A model generated the notes under the pieces. It had not been told where the DNA came from, made no database searches, and saw nothing but the letters and a program-made list of their open reading frames with translations. A stretch of DNA of 64,000 nucleotides from Glaucostegus cemiculus (lineage: Eukaryota), in NCBI GenBank assembly GCA_976551045.1, contig CDPCPM010000018.1, positions 1,178,001 to 1,242,000 of the forward strand, written 5' to 3'. Below, piece by piece: positions 27,801-41,200 of the stretch (within the stretch, counting starts at the first letter, position 1; each line of letters begins with the position of its first letter). A program made the translations under genes and the position numbers.

Positions 27801-30800
27801 TTTTTTCTCCAGACATTGATGAATGTGCAACCAACACATCGAACTGTCAACAAATCTGCACCAACACAATCGGAAGCTTCCTGTGCAGTTGTAACCCTGG
27901 CTTCAGTGTCAACGTGACCAATGCTTCGATATGTGATGGTAGGAATATGCAAAGTCATAGTTTCAGGCAGATTGCAAAGAATATTGAATGTGGCAGTTGG
28001 GTCCCATAGATTCTCCTACTCTCTGAACCAAATGAATTCTGCTAGCGCAACAATGAAAGATACAGAATATCAGTTCATCCTCAGTCAGTTTTCACTATTG
28101 AGATATTTCAGCAAAGAAGATGAATGTCAGATAGATTGCATAAATCAGCTGGTGATGGTTTGTAAATTCATGGAAGCATCTTTTGAGAATCATTGCTCTG
28201 TACTCTGCCTTGTTAATGTGCAGGGCATCCTTAAGTCTATTGTAGAGCAGAACAGTTATTGAGAGACTTCCTGTTGGCAGAAGGTAACTAGTAAGCAAGT
28301 GCTTGACAGGTCATTCACATTTTTCCTCCAGACATTGATGAATGTGCAACCAACACATCGAACTGTCAACAAATCTGCACCAACACAATCGGAAGCTTCC
28401 TGTGCAGTTGTAACCCTGGCTTCAGTGTCAACGTGACCAATGCTTCGATTTGTGATGGTAGGAATACACAAATTGATAGTTTCCAGCAAATTGCAAAGAA
28501 TATTGAATGTGGCAGTTGGGTCCCATAGATTCTCCTACTCTCTGAACCAAATGAATTCTGCTACCGCAACAATGAAAGATACAGAATATCAGTTCATCCT
28601 CAGTCAGTTTTCACTATTGAGATATTTCAGCAGAAGAAGATGAATGTCAGATAGATTGCATAAATCAGCTGGTGATGGTTTGTAAATTCATGGAAGCATC
28701 TTTTGAGAATCATTGCTCTGTACTCTGCCTTGTTAATGTGCAGGGCATCCTTAAGTCTACTGTAGAGCAGAACAGTTATTGAGAGACTTCCTGTTGGCAG
28801 AAGGTAACTAGTAAGCAAGTGTTTGACAGGTCATTCACATTTTTCCTCCAGACATTGATGAATGTGCAACCAACACATCGAACTGTCAACAAATCTGCAC
28901 CAACACAATCGGAAGCTTCCTGTGCAGTTGTAACCCTGGCTTCAGTGTCAACGTGACCAATGCTTCGATTTGTGATGGTAGGAATACACAAATTGATAGT
29001 TTCCAGCAAATTGCAAAGAATATTGAATGTGGCAGTTGGGTCCCATAGATTCTCCTACTCTCTGAACCAAATGAATTCTGCTACCGCAACAATGAAAGAT
29101 ACAGAATATCAGTTCATCCTCAGTCAGTTTTAACTATTGAGATATTTCTGCAGCAGAAAGAATATTAAAAATTAAGGAAAATTATAATATCTGAAGGAAT
29201 GAATGTTTCCACAATTTTTAATTCCGTGTTTTTGAATTCCAAATTGTGAATTTCCAATTTACACAATGGCTTGTATTTCACGAGAGACAGTGTAAGATCT
29301 GTTGGCATTCAGACGTGAATGATCATCGTAGTGAAGAGTGTCATGGGCTCAGAATGTTAATTTGTGTCATGTCAAATTTATACTTCTGAGAAAAGGCTAT
29401 GCAAATATTGTCATGCACCTGTAAAGACATATCATATTCTCCATACTCTGTCACCATATTGAGCAAAAAAGTTTCAGCCGGCAATTACAAGTGACATAAA
29501 TGTGATTGGATAAAAGTGATTGAGATGTCGTTCCATTATTCCCCGCAGACATCGATGAATGTGCAACCAACACATCAAACTGTCAACAAATTTGCAGCAA
29601 CACAATTGGAAGCTTCCTTTGCGGATGTAATCCAGGCTACAGCATCAATGTGACCAATAGTTCAGTTTGTGATGGTGAGATATTTCCCAAACATTTATTT
29701 TCTCTGATATGGAAAATAAAATAGAATGTGTCATTTAAAGTCAAGGTGGTCCAGGAATGAACACAGTCACATTAAAATTGGATGAAAGACTAGAGATTTT
29801 CCTTTCGATTCCTCTGTGCAGCCAAAAATTTAATTCAGTTCAATTGCAAAAGTCCTGCACCTCTATCTGACCATTCATTGCAAAAGATCAAAATTCGTTT
29901 CATGTTATCCTGTGAATTATAAAAGTAGAAGCGGCAATGTCACAAAGATTCAATAAGCGTAGCGGGTGATGGAATGTAATATCATGGAAATATATTTTGA
30001 GTATCATTGTTCTCTACTGTTGTTACTGTGCAGGGCATCCTTCACGCCATTGTAGAGCATAACATTTATTGAGAGACTTCCTGTTGGCATAAGGTAACTG
30101 GTAAGCAAGTGTTTGACATGTCATTCACATTTTTCCTCCAGACATTGATGAATGTGCAACCAACACATCGAACTGTCAACAAATCTGCACCAACACAATC
30201 GGAAGCTTCCTGTGCAGTTGTAACCCTGGCTTCAGTGTCAACGTGACCAATGCTTCGATTTGTGATGGTAGGAATATGCAAATTCATAGTTTCCAGCAGA
30301 TTTAAAGCATATTGAATGTGGCAGTTGGGTCCCATAGATTCTCCTGCTCTCTGAACCAAATGAATTCTGCTACCGCAACAATGAAAGATACAGAATATCA
30401 GTTCATCCTCAGTCAGTTTTCACTATTGAGATATTTCTGCAGCAGAAAGAATATTAAAAAATAAAGGAAAATTATAATATCTGTAGGAATGAATGTTTCC
30501 ACAATTTTTAATCCTGTGTTTTTGAATTCTAAATTGTGAATTTCCAATTTACAGAATGGCTTATATTTCACGAGAGACAGTGTAAGATGTGTAGGCATTC
30601 TGACGTGAATGATCATCGTAGTGAAGAGTGTCATGGGCTCAGGATGTTAATTTGTGTCATGTCAAATTAATACTTCTGAGGAAGGCTATGCAAGTATTGT
30701 CATGCACCTGTAAAGACATATCATATCCTCAATACTCTGTCACCATATTGAGCAAAAAAGTTTCAGCCGGCAATTACAAGTGACATAAATGTGATTGGAT

Positions 30801-33800
30801 AAAAGTGATTGAGATGTCGTTCCATTATTCCCCGCAGACATCGATGAATGTGCAACCAACACATCAAACTGTCAACAAAATTGCAGCAACACAATTGGAA
30901 GCTTCCTTTGCGGATGTAATCCAGGCTACAGCATCAATGTGACCAATAGTTCAGTTTGTGATGGTGAGATATTTCCCAACCATTTATTTTCTCTGACATG
31001 GAAAATATAACTGAATGTGTCATTTAAAGTCAAGGTGGTCCAGGAATGAACACAGTTACATTAAAATTGGATGAAAGGCTAGAGATTTTCCTTTCGATTC
31101 CTCTGTGCAGCCAAAAATTTAATTCAGTTCAATTGTAAAAGTCCTGGACCTCTATCTGACCATTGGTTGCAAAAGATCAAAATTCGTTTCATGTTATCCT
31201 GTGAATTATAAAAGTAGAAGTGGCTATGTCAAATAAATTCAATAAACTTAGCTGGTGATGGATTTTATTATAATGGAAATATATTTTGAGAATCATTGCT
31301 CTCTACTGTTGTTACTGTGCAGGGCATCCTTCACGCCATTGTAGAGCATAACATTTATTGAGAGTCTTCCTGTTGGCATAATGTAACTAGTAAGCAAGTG
31401 TTTGACAGGTCATTCACATTTTTTCTCCAGACATTGATGAATGTGCAACCAACACATCGAACTGTCAACAAATCTGCACCAACACAATCGGAAGCTTCCT
31501 GTGCAGTTGTAACCCTGGCTTCAGTGTCAACGTGACCAATGCTTCGATATGTGATGGTAGGAATATGCAAAGTCATAGTTTCAGGCAGATTGCAAAGAAT
31601 ATTGAATGTGGCAGTTGGGTCCCATAGATTCTCCTACTCTCTGAACCAAATGAATTCTGCTAGCGCAACAATGAAAGATACAGAATATCAGTTCATCCTC
31701 AGTCAGTTTTCACTATTGAGATATTTCAGCAAAGAAGATGAATGTCAGATAGATTGCATAAATCAGCTGGTGATGGTTTGTAAATTCATGGAAGCATCTT
31801 TTGAGAATCATTGCTCTGTACTCTGCCTTGTTAATGTGCAGGGCATCCTTAAGTCTATTGTAGAGCAGAACAGTTATTGAGAGACTTCCTGTTGGCAGAA
31901 GGTAACTAGTAAGCAAGTGCTTGACAGGTCATTCACATTTTTCCTCCAGACATTGATGAATGTGCAACCAACACATCGAACTGTCAACAAATCTGCACCA
32001 ACACAATCGGAAGCTTCCTGTGCAGTTGTAACCCTGGCTTCAGTGTCAACGTGACCAATGCTTCGATTTGTGATGGTAGGAATACACAAATTGATAGTTT
32101 CCAGCAAATTGCAAAGAATATTGAATGTGGCAGTTGGGTCCCATAGATTCTCCTACTCTCTGAACCAAATGAATTCTGCTACCGCAACAATGAAAGATAC
32201 AGAATATCAGTTCATCCTCAGTCAGTTTTCACTATTGAGATATTTCTGCAGCAGAAAGAATATTAAAAATTAAGGAAAATTATAATATCTGAAGGAATGA
32301 ATGTTTCCACAATTTTTAATTCCGTGTTTTTGAATTCCAAATTGTGAATTTCCAATTTACACAATGGCTTGTATTTCACGAGAGACAATGTAAGATCTGT
32401 AGGCATTCAGACGTGAATGATCATCGTAGTGAAGAGTGTCATGGGCTCAGAATGTTAATTTGTGTCATGTCAAATTTATACTTCTGAGAAAAGGCTATGC
32501 AAGTATTGTCATGCACCTGTAAAGACATATCATATTCTCCATACTCTGTCACCATATTGAGCAAAAAAGTTTCAGCCGGCAATTACAAGTGACATAAATG
32601 TGATTAGATAAAAGTGATTGAGATGTCGTTCCATTATTCCCCGCAGACATCGATGAATGTGCAACCAACACATCAAACTGTCAACAAATTTGCAGCAACA
32701 CAATTGGAAGCTCCTTTTGCAGATGTAATCCAGGCTTCAGCATCAATGTGACCAATAGTTCAGTTTGTGATGGTGAGATATTTCCCAACCATTTATTTTC
32801 TCTGACATGGAAAATAAAATTGAATGTGTCATTTAAAGTCAAGGTGGTCCAGGAATGAACACAGTCACATTAAAATTGGATGAAAGACTAGAGATTTTCC
32901 TTTCGATTCCTCTGTGCAGCCAAAAATTTAATTCAGTTCAATTGTAAAAGTCTATCTGACCATTGGTTGCAAAAGATCAAAATTCGTTTCATGTTATCCT
33001 GTGAATTATAAAAGTAGAAGCGGCAATGTCAAATAAATTCAATAAACTTAGCTGGTGATGGTTTTTATTATAATGGAAATATAGTTTGAGAATCATTGCT
33101 CTCTACTGTTGTTACTGTGCAGGGCATCCTTCACGCCATTGTAGAGCATAACATTTATTGAGAGACTTCCTGTTGGCATAAGGTAACTAGTAAGCAAGTG
33201 TTTGACAGGTCATTCACATTTTTCCTCCAGACATTAATGAATGTGCAACCAACACATCGAACTGTCAACAAATCTGCACCAACACAATCGGAAGCTTCCT
33301 GTGCAGTTGTAACCCTGGCTTCACTGTCAACGTGACCAATGCTTCGATTTGTGATGGTAGGAATATGCAAAGTCATAGTTTCCAGCAGATTGCAAAGAAT
33401 ATTGAATGTGGCAGTTGGGTCCCATAGATTCTCCTACTCTCTGAACCAAATGAATTCTGCTACCGCAACAATGAAAGATAGAGAATATCAGTTCATCCTC
33501 AGTCAGTTTTCACTATTGAGATATTTCTGCAGCAGAAAGAATATTAACAATTAAGGAAAATTATAATATCTGAAGGAATGAATGTTTGCACAATTTTCAA
33601 TCCTGTGTTTTTGAATTCCAAATTGAGAATTTCCAATTTACTCAATGGCTTGTATTTCACGAAAGACAGTGTAAGATGTGTAGGCATTCTGACGTGAATG
33701 ATCATCGTAGTGAAGAGTGTCATGGGCTCAGGATGTTAATTTGTGTCATGTCAAATTAATACTTCTGAGGAAGGCTATGCAAGTATTGTCATGCACCTGT

Positions 33801-35239
33801 AAAGACATATCTTATTCTCCATACTCTGTCACCATATTGAGCAAAAAAGTTTCAGCCGGCAATTACAAGTGACATAAATGTGATTGGATAAAAGTGATTG
33901 AGATGTCGTTCCATTATTCCCCGCAGACATCGATGAATGTGCAACCAACACATCAAACTGTCAACAAAATTGCAGCAACACAATTGGAAGCTTCCTTTGC
34001 GGATGTAATCCAGGCTACAGCATCAATGTGACCAATAGTTCAGTTTGTGATGGTGAGATATTTCCCAACCATTTATTTTCTCTGACATGGAAAATATAAC
34101 TGAATGTGTCATTTAAAGTCAAGGTGGTCCAGGTTTGAACACAGTCACATTAAAATTGGATGAAAGGCTAGAGATTTTCCTTTCGATTCCTCTGTGCAGC
34201 CAAAAATTTAATTCAGTTCAATTGTAAAAGTCCTGGACCTCTATCTGAGCATTGGTTGCAAAAGATCAAAATTCGTTTCATGTTATCCTGTGAATTATAA
34301 AAGTAGAAGTGGCTATGTCAAATAAATTCAATAAACTTAGCTGCTGATGGTTTTTATTATAATGGAAATATAGTTTGAGAATCATTGCTCTCTACTGTTG
34401 TTACTGTGCAGGGCATCCTTCACGCCATTGTAGAGCATAACATTTATTGAGAGTCTTCCTCTTGGCATAATGTAACTAGTAAGCAAGTGTTTGACATGTC
34501 ATTCACATTTTTTCTCCAGACATTGATGAATGTGCAACCAACACATCGAACTGTCAACAAATCTGCACCAATAGAATCGGAAGCTTCCTGTGCAGTTGTA
34601 ACCCTGGCTTCAGTGTCAACGTGACCAATGCTTCGATTTGTGATGGTAGGAATATGCAAAGTCATAGTTTCAGGCAGATTGCAAAGAATATTGAATGTGG
34701 CAGTTGGGTCCCATAGATTCTCCTACTCTCTGAACCAAATGAATTCTGCTAGCGCAACAATGAAAGATACAGAATATCAGTTCATATTCAGTCAGTTTTC
34801 ACTATTGAGATATTTCTGCAGCAGAAAGAATATTAAAAATTAAGGAAAATTATAATATCTGAAGGAATGAATGTTTCCACAATTTTTAATCCTGTGTTTT
34901 TGAATTCCAAATTGTGAATTTCCAATTTACAGAATGGCTTGTATTTCACGAGAGACAGTGTAAGATGTGTAGGCATTCTGATGTGAATGATCATCGTAGT
35001 GAAGAGTGTCAAGGGCTCAGGATGTTAATTCGTGTCATGTCAAATTAATACTTCTGAGGAAGACAATGCAACTATTCTCATGCACCTGTAAAGACATATC
35101 ATATTCTCCATACTGTTATGAAGTAGCTTACTATAGGCCAATATCCCTTTTAGATGGGACATCGTGAGTGTGTGCAACGTATTACGTCAACAGAAGATAA
35201 GACTAACGTGATGAGGTCATTACAAGAAAGAAAAAGATA

Positions 35240-35270
<31 letters not shown>

Positions 35271-38200
35271 TGGAAAGAGAGAAGAAGGAGAGATGGCAGC
35301 TTGTTTTGTTTCTGTCGATGGATGAAGGACAGTAACTGTGTTTGTCACTATAATCCGTGGATGGATTTCTGGAGTAGTCCAGTGGAGTTCACTTTGTCGG
35401 TAACCTGTAGAAGGGCACAGGTGTTTGCGTGGACAACCACATTTTGGATGCTCTTCAGAGTGGCAGATACTGTGGAACAAAGTGACGGAATTCACTTTGC
35501 TGCTAACCTGTAGAAGAACGCAGGTATTTGCATGCACATTCACGATCAAGGAGTTTTCGGGGTGAGAAAGTCACTACCGAGTAAGCCCTGAAGTGTCATT
35601 TGAGTTTCGAGTGGAACATTCGGATTTCGTGAATCCTCTCTAATCTCTCTCTATATCTATGTTTTGTCTTTGGTGGACGGTGCTTGTGAAGAAGCCTTTA
35701 TTTGTGTCATCTTACGGCTTACTGAACTGAACTTGAAGATCTAATTCCTGGACTTTGAGTTTAGGAATTCGACACGCACACACGACGAGTAGTTTTGGGG
35801 TTATAGTTTAAGATTCTAACATTTTATTGTGTACTAATATACTAACTTTTTATTCTTATTTTACGTATTATCAGATGTAGTTATTAATAAAGTAGTTTTA
35901 ACACTGAAGTACGACTTGGTGTGCTTCTTTTGTTGCTGGTTTCGTAACAAAATTGGGGGCTCGTCCGGGATCTTCCCAAGATTAATGAGTGTCGTTCTGG
36001 GATCCAGTCCAAAGATTTGGCTTGCAGTCAAACTTAAGACTGGTACTGGAGGTCTGAGTTTGGACATTGGGGTTGGTCCAATACATTTTCTTAATTGGCG
36101 TGTGTGTGGAAACCAGTAGCAATGGAGGTGTTTATGAAAAAACCCACCCCAAGTGGATTGCAGAGAATGAAGAAGTCTGAATTATTAATTCTTGCTACAG
36201 AGCTAAAACTTACGACAGTAACACAATCTATGAGAAAAGCAGATATCCAGAAAATAATAGCTGGTCATTATGTGAAGATGCAAGTGTTTGAAGAGGGAGT
36301 AGTAAAACAATTTCCTGGCAGTGAACAAGCGATTTCTGATGCCCAAATTCAGTTAGCAAAGATAGAGGCAGAAACAAAACAAGCTGCCATCTCTCCTTCT
36401 TCTCTCTTTCCATCTGTCTGTCTCTCTCTCTCTCTCTTATCTTTTTCTTTCTTGTAATGACCTCATCACGTTAGTCTTATCTTCTGTTGACGTAATACGT
36501 TGCACACACACACAATGTCCCATCTAAAAGGGATATTGGCCTATAGTAAGCTACTTCGTAACAATACTCTGTCACCATATTGAGCAAAAAAGTTTCAGCC
36601 GGCAATTACAAGTGACATAAATGTGATTGGATAAAAGTGATTGAGATGTCGTTCCATTATTCCCCGCAGACATCGATGAATGTGCAACCAACACATCAAA
36701 CTGTCAACAAATTTGCAGCAACACAACTGGAAGCTTCTTTTGCGGATGTAATCCAGGCTACAGCATCAATGTGACCAATAGTTCAGTTTGTGATGGTGAG
36801 ATATTTCCCAACCATTTATTTTCTCTGACATGGAAAATATAATTGAATGTGTCATTTAAAGTCAAGGTGGTCCAGGAATGAACACAGTCACATTAAAATT
36901 GGATGAAAGGCTAGAGATTTTCCTTTCGATTCCTCTGTGCAGCCAAAAATTTAATTCAGTTCAATTGTCAAAGTCCAGGACCTCTATCTGACCATTGGTT
37001 ACAAAAGATCAAAATTCGTTTCATGTTATCCTGTGAATCATAAAAGTAGAAGCTGCAATGTCAAATAAATTCAATAAACTTAGCTGGTGATGGTTTTTAT
37101 TATAATGGAAATGTATTTTGAGAATCATTGCCCTCTACTGTTGTTACTGTGCAGGGCATCCTTCACACCATTGTAGAGCATAACATTTATTGAGAGACTT
37201 CCTGTTGGCATAAGGTAACGAGTAAGCAAGTGTTTGACAGGTCATTCACATTTTTCCTCCAGACATTGATGAATGTGCAACCAACACATCGAACTGTCAA
37301 CAAATCTGCACCAACACAATCGGAAGCTTCCTGTGCAGTTGTAACCCTGGCTTCAGTGTCAACGTGACCAATGCTTCGATTTGTGATGGTAGGAATACGC
37401 AAATAGATAGTTTCCAGCAAATTGCAAAGAATATTGAATGTGGCAGTTGGGTCCCATAGATTCTCCTACTCTCTGAACCAAATGAATTCTGCTCCCGCAA
37501 CAATGAAAGATACAGAATAACAGTTCATCCTCAGTCAGTTTTCACTATTGAAATATTTCTGCAGCCGAAAGAATATTAAAAAATAAAGGAAAATTATAAT
37601 ATCTGAAGGAATGAAACTTTCCACAATTTTTAATCCTGTGTTTTTGAATTCCAAATTGTGAATTTCCAATTTACACAATGGCTTGTATTTCACGAGAGAC
37701 AGTGTAAGATGTGTAGGCATTCTGACGTGAATGATCATCGTAGTGAAGAGTGTCATTGGCACAGGATGTTAATTTGTGTCATGTCAAATTGATACTTCTC
37801 AGGAAGACAATGCAACTATTGTCATGCACCTGTAAAGACATATCATATTCTCCATACTCTGTCACCATATTGAGCAAAAAAGTTTCAGCCGGCAATTACA
37901 AGTGACATAAATGTGATTGGATAAAAGTGATTGAGATGTCGTTCCATTATACCCCGCAGACATCGATGAATGTGCAACCAACACATCAAACTGTCAACAA
38001 AATTGCAGCAACACAATTGGAAGCTTCCTTTGCGGATGTAATCCAGGCTACAGCATCAATGTGACCAATAGTTCAGTTTGTGATGGTGAGATATTTCCCA
38101 ACCATTTATTTTCTCTGACATGGAAAATATAACTGAATGTGTCATTTAAAGTCAAGGTGGTCCAGGAATGAACACAGTCACATTAAAATTGGATGAAAGG

Positions 38201-41200
38201 CTAGAGATTTTCCTTTCGATTCCTCTGTGCAGCCAAAAATTTAATTCAGTTCAATTGTAAAAGTCCTGGACCTCTATCTGACCATTGGTTGCAAAAGATC
38301 AAAATTCGTTTCATGTTATCCTGTGAATTATAAAAGTAGAAGTGGCTATGTCAAATAAATTCAATAAACTTAGCTGCTGATGGTTTTTATTATAATGGAA
38401 ATATAGTTTGAGAATCATTGCTCTCTACTGTTGTTACTGTGCAGGGCATCCTTCACGCCATTGTAGAGCATAACATTTATTGAGAGTCTTCCTCTTGGCA
38501 TAATGTAACTAGTAAGCAAGTGTTTGACACGTCATTCACATTTTTTCTCCAGACATTGATGAATGTGCAACCAACACATCGAACTGTCAACAAATCTGCA
38601 CCAACACAATCGGAAGCTTCCTGTGCAGTTGTAACCCTGGCTTCAGTGTCAACGTGACCAATGCTTCGATTTGTGATGGTAGGAATATGCAAAGTCATAG
38701 TTTCAGGCAGATTGCAAAGAATATTGAATGTGGCAGTTGGGTCCCATAGATTCTCCTACTCTCTGAACCAAATGAATTCTGCTACCGCAACAATGAAAGA
38801 TACAGAATATCAGTTCATCCTCAGTCAGTTTTCACTATTGAGATATTTCTGCAGCAGAAAGAATATTAAAAATTAAGGAAAATTATAATATCTGAAGGAA
38901 TGAATGTTTCCACAATTTTTAATCCTGTGTTTTTGAATTCCAAATTGTGAATTTCCAATTTACAGAATGGCTTGTATTTCACGAGAGACAGTGTAAGATG
39001 TGTAGGCATTCTGATGTGAATGATCATCGTAGTGAAGAGTGTCAAGGGCTCAGGATGTTAATTTGTGTCATGTCAAATTAATACTTCTGAGGAAGACAAT
39101 GCAACTATTCTCATGCACCTGTAAAGACATATCATATTCTCCATACTGTTATGAAGTAGCTTACTATAGGCCAATATCCCTTTTAGATGGGACATCGTGT
39201 GTGTGTGCAACGTATTACGTCAACAGAAGATAAGACTAACGTGATGAGGTCATTACAAGAAAGAAAAAGATAAGAGAGAGAGAGAGAGAGACAGACAGAT
39301 GGAAAGAGAGAAGAAGGAGAGATGGCAGCTTGTTTTGTTTCTGTCGATGGATGAAGGACAGTAACTGTGTTTGTCACTATAATCCGTGGATGGATTTCTG
39401 GAGTAGTCCAGTGGAGTTCACTTTGTCGGTAACCTGTAGAAGGGCACAGGTGTTTGCGTGGACAACCACATTTTGGATGCTCTTCAGAGTGGCAGATACT
39501 GTGGAACAAAGTGACGGAATTCACTTTGCTGCTAACCTGTAGAAGAACGCAGGTATTTGCATGCACATTCACGATCAAGGAGTTTTCGGGGTGAGAAAGT
39601 CACTACCGAGTAAGCCCTGAAGTGTCATTTGAGTTTCGAGTGGAACATTCGGATTTCATGAATCCTCTCTAATCTCTCTCTATATCTATGTTTTGTCTTT
39701 GGTGGACGGTGCTTGTGAAGAAGCCTTTATTTGTGTCATCTTACGGCTTACTGAACTGAACTTGAAGATCTAATTCCTGGACTTTGAGTTTAGGAATTCG
39801 ACACGCACACACGACGAGTAGTTTTGGGGTTATAGTTTAAGATTCTAACATTTTATTGTGTACTAATATACTAACTTTTTATTCTTATTTTACGTATTAT
39901 CAGATGTAGTTATTAATAAAGTAGTTTTAACACTGAAGTACGACTTGGTGTGCTTCTTTTGTTGCTGGTTTCGTAACAAAATTGGGGGCTCGTCCGGGAT
40001 CTTCCCAAGATTAATGAGTGTCGTTCTGGGATCCAGTCCAAAGATTTGGCTTGCAGTCAAACTTAAGACTGGTACTGGAGGTCTGAGTTTGGACATTGGG
40101 GTTGGTCCAATACATTTTCTTAATTGGCGTGTGTGTGGAAACCAGTAGCAATGGAGGTGTTTATGAAAAAACCCACCCCAAGTGGATTGCAGAGAATGAA
40201 GAAGTCTGAATTATTAATTCTTGCTACAGAGCTAAAACTTACGACAGTAACACAATCTATGAGAAAAGCAGATATCCAGAAAATAATAGCTGGTCATTAT
40301 GTGAAGATGCAAGTGTTTGAAGAGGGAGTAGTAAAACAATTTCCTGGCAGTGAACAAGCGATTTCTGATGCCCAAATTCAGTTAGCAAAGATAGAGGCAG
40401 AAACAAAACAAGCTGCCATCTCTCCTTCTTCTCTCTTTCCATCTGTCTGTCTCTCTCTCTCTCTCTTATCTTTTTCTTTCTTGTAATGACCTCATCACGT
40501 TAGTCTTATCTTCTGTTGACGTAATACGTTGCACACACACACAATGTCCCATCTAAAAGGGATATTGGCCTATAGTAAGCTACTTCGTAACAATACTCTG
40601 TCACCATATTGAGCAAAAAAGTTTCAGCCGGCAATTACAAGTGACATAAATGTGATTGGATAAAAGTGATTGAGATGTCGTTCCATTATTCCCCGCAGAC
40701 ATCGATGAATGTAAAACCAACACATCAAACTGTCAACAAATTTGCAGCAACACAATTGGAAGCTTCTTTTGCGGATGTAATCCAGGCTACAGCATCAATG
40801 TGACCAATAGTTCAGTTTGTGATGGTGAGATATTTCCCAACCATTTATTTTCTCTGACATGGAAAATATAATTGAATGTGTCATTTAAAGTCAAGGTGGT
40901 CCAGGAATGAACACAGTCACATTAAAATTGGATGAAAGGCTAGAGATTTTCCTTTCGATTCCTCTGTGCAGCCAAAAATTTAATTCAGTTCAATTGTAAA
41001 AGTCCTGGACCTCTATCTGACCATTGGTTGCAAAAGATCAAAATTCGTTTCATGTTATCCTGTAGAAGCGGCAATGTCAAATAAATTCAATAAACTTAGC
41101 TGGTGATGGTTTTTATTATACTGGAAATATATTTTGAGAATCATTGCACTCTACTGTTGTTACTGTGCAGGGCATCCTTCACGCCATTGTAGAGCATAAC

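Larger units (their letters stand above)
35114..36563 (+). mobile_element. Fold-back LTR retrotransposon derivative (Gypsy/Gmr1-like), copy 1: LTR 35114-35949, PBS, gag start, inverted LTR 5' end 36369-36563
   Basis: TGTTATGAA...TTCGTAACA LTR with AATAAA at 35886; PBS at 35954; ORF from ATG 36122; ~200-bp terminal inverted repeats; ATAC TSD (35110-35113, 36564-36567). Confidence 0.88.

Noticed and set aside
35114-36563. DNA transposon/MITE with terminal inverted repeats
   Set aside because: The interior contains a complete LTR, a tRNA-Pro PBS and a gag-like ORF; the inverted arm is a copy of the LTR 5' end.
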